Shown piece after piece: positions 59,801-64,000 of a stretch of DNA of 64,000 bases (positions are counted from its first letter, which is position 1; each line of letters opens with the position of its first letter). Location: assembly GCA_038207335.1 (NCBI GenBank), contig JBBQZX010000014.1:65186-129185 (forward strand), written 5' to 3'. Below the pieces are notes generated by a model. That model saw only the letters and a list, made by a program, of their open reading frames with translations, did no database searches and was not told the DNA's origin. This stretch comes from Chthoniobacterales bacterium. GTDB taxonomy: Bacteria; Verrucomicrobiota; Verrucomicrobiia; Chthoniobacterales; Chthoniobacteraceae. The translations under genes were made by a program, and so were the position numbers.

Positions 59801-61356
59801 GTTTCAATGGCCCCGCTGGATGAGCCCAGACCGCCCACGAGCGAGCCGCCGATGCTCACCGAGCTCACGCGCCCCTGTGAGCGAATCTCCCCCGAATTGT
59901 CGCCCGATCCCCCGCGAAGATCGCCGCTGATTTTCACGGAACCGAGTCCATTCGGCGCATAAATCTGTCCTGCCCGATCGTTCGAGCCGCCGACCACCGA
60001 GCCGCCGATCGTGATGCTCTTGAAAACATCCGAACTCCGAATCTGCGCGTTGTGCGAGCCACTGTCGCCGCGCACGTCGCCGCCGATTTTCACCGAGCCC
60101 GCATTGCCCAGCGCGAACGCCGCCGAGTAGTCGCCGGACGAGCCCACGACCGAACCGCCGACACTCAGCGATTTCACCGTGCCGTCCACTTTCACCGCCG
60201 CCGAATAGCTGCCGCTGGCACCGGTGACATCGCCGCCGACCTTGATCCCACCGACGTTCCCAGTCACGAGGATCATCCCGCTGTTGCCATTCGATCCGCC
60301 GATGAGCGACCCGCCGACCGTGATCGATTTGATCGGTCCATGGCTGTCGATGATGCCTGAAAATGTCGCGCTATTTGCGCCAGTGCCGCCGACCACATCG
60401 TGCGCGATTTTCACCGAGCCGATCCCGCCCGCGCCGAATGCGATGATCTCGCCGCTGTCCGGTCCGGTGCCGCCGATCAGCGAGCCGCCGACCGTGACCG
60501 ATTTGATCTTCCCGTCGCTGTCGATCACCCCGGAAAAGGCATCCGTGCCCGTGCCGCCGATCACGTCACCGCCGACCTTCACCGAGCCGATGTCGCCAAA
60601 TGCGATCACCTCGCCGCTATCCGCACCCGTGCCGCCGATGATCGAGCCACCGATCGTCACCGAGCCGATGCCAGCTTGGGCGAGGGGATTCGACGCCTCA
60701 ATCATGCCCGACTCCGCACCACTGCCACCGCGCAGATCGCCGCCGATCTTCACCGAGCCGATCGCGAGCGCGGAAACGCACCCGCTCTCGCTATAACTGC
60801 CGCCGATCACCGAGCCGCCGACCGCGAGCGATTTGAGCATCCCACCGACCGCGATCTGAGCATCGCGGATGTCACCTGCGATTGCGATCTTCCCCACCCG
60901 CCCGCCGAGGCTGCTGACGAGAGTCGTCGCGCCCGTCGAAAGCCCAAACGCCCCGAGGGACGCCACGCTCAGGTTTTTCAGGCCGGTATTGCCATCCCCC
61001 GCGATGACCGCGCCGAGATCGCCGCGGACCTTCACCGTCCCGAGCGCGAGGAGCGGTGCGGAGATTTGCCCCACATTCGCAAACCCATCGCCATCCCCCG
61101 CCAGCTTTGCAGTCACCGAGATATTCGTGCCCGCCGCCGCAGCGATCCCCGTCAAATTGATCTGCGCCAGCCCAGCGCCATTTTCCACGAGCACCGTCCC
61201 CACGTTCGCCGCAGTCAGGATTCCCTTTGAAAATTTCACCGTCACGAGATCGCCGTCCGCGTCCGTGTAAGTGCCCGTCGTCGCGCTGACAAACACCGCC
61301 GCCGGAGCGATCCGAGCTTCGAGGATTTCGATCGATGAACCGGAGCGAAGTTTCAT
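56821..61356 (-). CDS. Giant secreted Gly-rich repeat protein with an LEPR-XLL-like leader and an internal duplication
   Basis: Leader IEILEARIAPA; two units starting T.TYTDADGDLVTVKFS; dozens of (I/V)GSV.IGG(S/D)..GG.G..SG.I repeats. Confidence 0.85.
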   Translation of the reverse strand: MKLRSGSSIEILEARIAPAAVFVSATTGTYTDADGDLVTVKFSKGILTAANVGTVLVENGAGLAQINLTGIAAAAGTNISVTAKLAGDGDGFANVGQISAPLLALGTVKVRGDLGAVIAGDGNTGLKNLSVASLGAFGLSTGATTLVSSLGGRVGKIAIAGDIRDAQIAVGGMLKSLAVGGSVIGGSYSESGCVSALAIGSVKIGGDLRGGSGAESGMIEASNPLAQAGIGSVTIGGSIIGGTGADSGEVIAFGDIGSVKVGGDVIGGTGTDAFSGVIDSDGKIKSVTVGGSLIGGTGPDSGEIIAFGAGGIGSVKIAHDVVGGTGANSATFSGIIDSHGPIKSITVGGSLIGGSNGNSGMILVTGNVGGIKVGGDVTGASGSYSAAVKVDGTVKSLSVGGSVVGSSGDYSAAFALGNAGSVKIGGDVRGDSGSHNAQIRSSDVFKSITIGGSVVGGSNDRAGQIYAPNGLGSVKISGDLRGGSGDNSGEIRSQGRVSSVSIGGSLVGGLGSSSGAIETTMGLGSVTIGGDILGGDGRAGLVVELTGAIDAQHIGSVVVGGSVFAGTKVGANPLLKSGSITSMFEIGSVKIGGSLVGNATNSATILAFGNEVQRKTDTAIKSIAVGGRAEFAQILAGYNYSTAITAGNPDAGIGSVKIGGDWITSRIAAGTVLGADGMAGTDDDTFSTSGAGAPNLDSAIGNITIGGQVRGTFGGTDSFRFMAEQIKSIKVGGSSIAIVATDIAPLGITGDFHIVDAGSVNMPDAPTFAPAEFVNTTTATYTDADGDLVTVKFSRPILTAANVSTILVQTNGLLRTIDLTGVADAAGTNISVAAKRAGNGDGFASVGSIQATAALGTIMIHGDLGSVDVAVGSPSDVALKSLSVASLGAFGLDTGAPDLSSSLGGAVGSATIQTDVRGTSIDIAGTLGSLKIGGSVIGGASDNSGRISANGIGSIVIGGDVVGSSGLNSGLIDSRSMMTDIGNISVGGSIRGGSGSTGGFTGEVFSNGGIGNVKIGGSVIGGNSAGNFSGVVLATGKIGAVSIGGSLLGGTGPDSGEISANGASFGAVKIGHDIRGGSGILTDQFSGVVRSNGTTGAVTVGGSIIGGSNEFSGSLLSVGDIGAVKIVVDVRGGTGASSASILTNAQIDSVSIGRNFVGGGATLAGQITGGTGLGAVKIGGDLIGGSGLNSGFIDVGAAPIKSVTIGGSLRGGSANRAGAIFSLSGSIGPVSIGGDIVGGSGSETATIFASANLIGVSVGGSVRGGSAVLDGQIAAGLAIGNVSIHGDLVGGAGTVSGSIISNTQEIRKVTIGGSIRSGVGDRSGFITSGSALGPVVIGGSIVGTAGHAVSIAAKGVTTSVGANDLVIQSIKIGGSVEYGNILGGFDFFLQPTDGHAQIGAVSVGREWIASNLVAGKQNLGADDLPGGMGANADNVNFGDSHDAAIGAAGGIVARIASITIGGQVRGTVGGMDQFGFVSGEIGALKIGGTKLTLGAAFRPIGITADASFHTL

Positions 61357-61493
61357 AGCCGCGGACCCTGCGACGCCCAACACGCCCCGTCAAATTCCGC
61401 AACGTGAATTTTTCAGACGTCCGCTCGAAGCCCACGCGCGAGTCGCCTCACTTCTCGGGGTGCCGGGAAAATTTGGAGCTTCCGGGACACCGG

Positions 61494-61521
61494 CGTTCCC
61501 AAGCGGGAGGTGGGGAACGAG
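61494..61521. repeat. REP-like palindrome
   Basis: CGTTCCC-AAGCGGGAGGTG-GGGAACG-AG hairpin directly after the stop codon of the last cassette gene. Confidence 0.5.
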
Positions 61522-61531
61522 GGAGGAAAGG

Positions 61532-61873
61532 TCAATGCAGACAACAGTGGACGCTGGCGAACGGCAACGTGAGGGCCACCGCTGCGAATGTGAATAAGAA
61601 TGCGACAGCGAGCGTGGAGATGCCTGAAAACGCGAACACGCGACTCTGTGTAGCGGCATCGCGGCGACTGAACCAGATAGCTACCAACACCCACGGGAGA
61701 GGAACAGCGAAGGTCCACCAATGAAAATCGATCAGGAGCTGTGTGATCGCTGGCAGTGGCTTATCGCCCAACCAGCGGTAAAAGATGCTGCCGAACATTC
61801 CGCCGAGCGCCGCGACCGCGAGCGAAGCGAATCCCACGGCTGCGGTGTAGCTCCAGATCGCAATTCTCATCAT
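61532..61873 (-). CDS. Integron cassette gene: small membrane protein (about 3 TM)
   Basis: ATG 61873 just downstream of the degenerate attC; three hydrophobic segments. Confidence 0.7.
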   Translation of the reverse strand: MMRIAIWSYTAAVGFASLAVAALGGMFGSIFYRWLGDKPLPAITQLLIDFHWWTFAVPLPWVLVAIWFSRRDAATQSRVFAFSGISTLAVAFLFTFAAVALTLPFASVHCCLH

Positions 61874-61899
61874 GTGAAGCTCAGTGAAGGTATAGCGGG

Positions 61900-62014
61900 G
61901 CCTGGCTGCCACAAGCTCAGCGACAGGCGGAGCGGGCGCGGCTCCTGCGCGGCGGTTCTGCGGGAAGCAGCTCCCGTGACGCCCGGAGCAGTTCGCTGCA
62001 GCGCATGGTTAGGC
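61900..62014 (-). repeat. attC site, degenerate (R' core GTTAGGC changed to GCCAGGC)
   Basis: 115 bp; minus strand GCCTAACCATGCGCTGCAGCGAAC...GTCGCTGAGCTTGTGGCAGCCAGGC, aligning without gaps to the ends of the other copies. Confidence 0.8.
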
Positions 62015-62046
62015 ATTGCGGTCATTTGCGAATTCGTAGCCAGGAC

Positions 62047-62214
62047 TCAATCATCCGCTTGCAGTCCGAAGAACCATTTCAGGAAGAAAAATGGCTCGCC
62101 TGTGTAGAAGCCGAACGCGACGAGGAGCACGGCGGCAACAGCCAGAGATAGAATTGCGTATCGGACCGGCTTCATCCGAGCTTGCGCAAAGTTCATGTGT
62201 GCGATGGGGTTCAT
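62047..62214 (-). CDS. Integron cassette gene: 55-aa single-TM peptide
   Basis: Manual translation MNPIAHMNFAQARMKPVRYAILSLAVAAVLLVAFGFYTGEPFFFLKWFFGLQADD*; fills the space between two attC sites; below the ORF-track length cutoff. Confidence 0.6.
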   Translation of the reverse strand: MNPIAHMNFAQARMKPVRYAILSLAVAAVLLVAFGFYTGEPFFFLKWFFGLQADD

Positions 62215-62251
62215 GTTTTATTGTTTTGTCGTCTCGGCAGGCGCGAGCGAC

Positions 62252-62366
62252 GCCTAACGACCCCAAGCTCAGCGACTGCGGAGGGCGGCGCGGCTCCTGC
62301 GCGGCGGGTCTGCGGGGAGCAAGTGCCGTGACGCCCGGAGCAGTTCGTTGCTCCGCATGGTTAGGC
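62252..62366 (-). repeat. attC site (L'' box degenerate)
   Basis: 115 bp; GCCTAAC...GTTAGGC ends; L'' reads GGAGCAAC instead of GCTGCAGC. Confidence 0.88.
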
Positions 62367-62372
62367 CACGGT

Positions 62373-62852
62373 TCATTCCTCGCCATCGTAATAATCCAGC
62401 GCATCCGAACGGATAAGTCTTCGCTCGGGTATCGGCACGCTCCACTTGTTGCTGTCTGGATAGTGGTATGACTCGCCAATCGGATTGTCCGCCACGACAT
62501 AAAGAACCAAGTCCTGCGTGCCGTCATTGAAAACCTGGTGCGGCTCGCCCGGCCTGAAAATGAATGCGTCGCCAACCTCAATCTGAGCAGTTCCGTCTTG
62601 ATGCCGGACGACGCCAGTGCCGGAAATCACATGGTAGAACTCCCACTGCGCGCTATGCGAATGATACGGATACGGAGTCTTCCCCGGTGGGATGCGGCAA
62701 ATCTCAACATCAAAGGGATGGCGCTCGTTCAAGTCGGTGGAGTCGGGCTTGCGTCCCAACTCCTCTGAAATCTCCTTGCCAGCGCCGACAAACTTACCCT
62801 TCGGCGAGGACCAAGGAATCTCAGCAATATTTGCAGTGTTGACCTTGTGCAT
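62373..62852 (-). CDS. Integron cassette gene: cupin-domain protein
   Basis: PYHSHSAQWEFYHVISGTG and FRPGEPHQVFN cupin motifs; YHYPDSNK. Confidence 0.9.
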   Translation of the reverse strand: MHKVNTANIAEIPWSSPKGKFVGAGKEISEELGRKPDSTDLNERHPFDVEICRIPPGKTPYPYHSHSAQWEFYHVISGTGVVRHQDGTAQIEVGDAFIFRPGEPHQVFNDGTQDLVLYVVADNPIGESYHYPDSNKWSVPIPERRLIRSDALDYYDGEE

Positions 62853-62867
62853 GACGTGCGGCTAGTC

Positions 62868-62991
62868 GCCTAACGACCCCAAGCTCAGCGACGGCGGAGC
62901 ACGGCGCGGGAGCTGCATGGTGGGTGGCAAGGCGGCGGCGGAAGCAGCTCCCGTGACGCCCGGAGCAGTTCGCTGCAGCGCATGGTTAGGC
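62868..62991 (-). repeat. attC site
   Basis: 124 bp; R'' GCCTAAC, L'' GCTGCAGC, L' GCTGAGC, R' GTTAGGC. Confidence 0.9.
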
Positions 62992-63010
62992 GGCATGGTT
63001 TTTGACTCGC

Positions 63011-63238
63011 TCATTTCATTCTCCGAAAACCTGAAATGAGTAGATAGCGCAAAACACCGATGCCGCCAATCGAAAGAATCAAACCTAAAACCACCAACCC
63101 CTTTCGGAACACGCTATCGTGCCCATCACCCAACCAAAGCAAAAGCACCCCGATCAAGCGCACGGCTAGCCCTATCCCAAACCACTTCCACTTCCGCCGT
63201 TTTTCCATCGCGGTGAGATGACAAGGTGCTGCTTCCAT
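63011..63238 (-). CDS. Integron cassette gene: small 2-TM membrane protein
   Basis: KWKWFGIGLAVRLIGVLLLWLG...GLVVLGLILSIGGIGVLRYLL; start at ATG 63238 or 63208; lies between attC sites. Confidence 0.7.
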   Translation of the reverse strand: MEAAPCHLTAMEKRRKWKWFGIGLAVRLIGVLLLWLGDGHDSVFRKGLVVLGLILSIGGIGVLRYLLISGFRRMK

Positions 63239-63253
63239 ATTGAGTGTAATGCC

Positions 63254-63369
63254 GCCTAACGACCTCAAGCTCAGCGACTGCGGAGGGCGGCGCGGCTCCT
63301 GGCGTGGCGGGTCTGCGGGGAGCAGGAGCCGTGACGCACGGAGCGGTTCGCTGCAGCGCATGGTTAGGC
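63254..63369 (-). repeat. attC site
   Basis: 116 bp; same R''/L''/L'/R' boxes. Confidence 0.9.
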
Positions 63370-63391
63370 GCTTCGGTTGTTGGAGTTTGAT

Positions 63392-63829
63392 TCATCCGGT
63401 GTCGCTACGGACACGGTCTCGAACTCGCTGGTCGATCTCGCGAGTAATCTGTTCGAGTCGCTGAAGTTGTTGGTCGGCAGGTAAATCGTGAGGAAGCGAG
63501 GAAAGCGTTTCGGTGGTGAACTCGTGAAGCAACTCGGCGCAACGAAGGCAAGTGAAGTGATAACGCTGCTGGCGGCTGGAAACCTCCCAACTCTGATTCA
63601 TGCCACCGCCCATCGCCTCGCCGCCGCAATAGAAACAGCGCGCGCCGTCTAAAGTCGGAAGGTCGAAGCCGGATTGCGTGGCATGGGTGCGGATGCAAAC
63701 CTCGCAAAGGTCGAGAGTGGTTTGCTGGCCGTTGATGATCTGGCACAGATGGTTGTTCGCTGGTCTCGTGCCACACATCTGGCAGAGCCGATCCGAACTC
63801 GGGGAAGATGAGAAAGTAGAGGCAGCCAT
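63392..63829 (-). CDS. Integron cassette gene: McsA-like multi-CxxC zinc-binding protein
   Basis: LCQMCGTRPANNHLCQIINGQQTTLDLCEVC, CFYC, CLRC and a C-terminal helical segment. Confidence 0.7.
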   Translation of the reverse strand: MAASTFSSSPSSDRLCQMCGTRPANNHLCQIINGQQTTLDLCEVCIRTHATQSGFDLPTLDGARCFYCGGEAMGGGMNQSWEVSSRQQRYHFTCLRCAELLHEFTTETLSSLPHDLPADQQLQRLEQITREIDQRVRDRVRSDTG

Positions 63830-63860
63830 TTTCGTTCGTTCACGGGAGACGCGCAGAAGC

Positions 63861-64000
63861 GCCTAACGACCCCAAGCTCAGCGACAGCGGAGGGCGGCGC
63901 GCTGGCTGCGGAAAGGTGGCTGGGGCAGGATGGGCGAAGGCGGCGGGATGGTGAGCAGCAGCCAGCGTGACGCCCGGAGCAGTTCGCTGCAGCGCATGGT
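63861..64000 (-). repeat. attC site, cut by the window edge
   Basis: GCCTAACGACCCCAAGCTCAGCGAC...GCAGTTCGCTGCAGCGCATGGT at the end of the window. Confidence 0.88.

Larger units (their letters stand above)
61532..64000 (-). mobile_element. Distal end of an integron gene-cassette array (or CALIN); intI not in the window
   Basis: Five related palindromic attC sites, each separating one short, co-oriented, compositionally distinct ORF. Confidence 0.88.

Noticed and set aside
56821..61356. Nucleotide repeats as a DGR template/variable pair or a non-coding array
   Set aside because: The repeats are in-frame protein repeats with synonymous divergence; no reverse transcriptase in the window.
62051..63395. 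ORFs reading through the repeats (62051..62581, 63126..63395, the 5' extension of 63011..63361, and plus-strand equivalents)
   Set aside because: They translate attC DNA (PNHALQRTAP...) and overlap better-supported cassette genes.
61900..64000. Repeats as a CRISPR array
   Set aside because: Units are 115 to >=140 bp, vary internally, and are separated by 240-500 bp gene-containing spacers; no cas genes. They fit attC sites.

Overview
High-GC bacterial chromosomal segment. The gene repertoire (LEPR-XLL-like leader, NxxGxxAF repeats, ebo genes, C/A-rich 5' UTRs without obvious Shine-Dalgarno motifs) suggests the PVC superphylum, probably Verrucomicrobiota; this is inferred. Left to right: (1) the accessory part of an aryl-polyene/flexirubin/xanthomonadin-like lipid cluster (PlsC-type acyltransferase, polysaccharide deacetylase, flavin-dependent halogenase, lipoprotein, MMPL exporter, LpxL-type acyltransferase, LolA), interrupted by a large secreted repeat protein; (2) tRNA-Gln(CTG) followed by a decayed islet (IS5 remnant, AT-rich phospholipase C, orphan AbrB/MazE antitoxin, orphan TpsA/FhaB-type exoprotein); (3) housekeeping and metabolic genes (cinA, L,D-transpeptidase, eboF-eboD-eboE, Gfo/Idh/MocA plus MFS, MBOAT, dprA, CDF, NhaP, FGE); (4) a three-gene hybrid kinase/PP2C signalling operon, a class I lysyl-tRNA synthetase and an Mre11/Rad50-like pair; (5) a 1106-aa membrane protein that appears to join a Venus-flytrap (type I periplasmic binding) domain to about 8 TM helices, and a duplicated Gly-rich giant secreted protein; (6) the distal end of an integron cassette array with five homogeneous attC sites and five small minus-strand cassette genes. 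The two most distal attC sites are degenerate, and no integrase lies in the window. All product calls come from reading motifs by eye; no database search was run.
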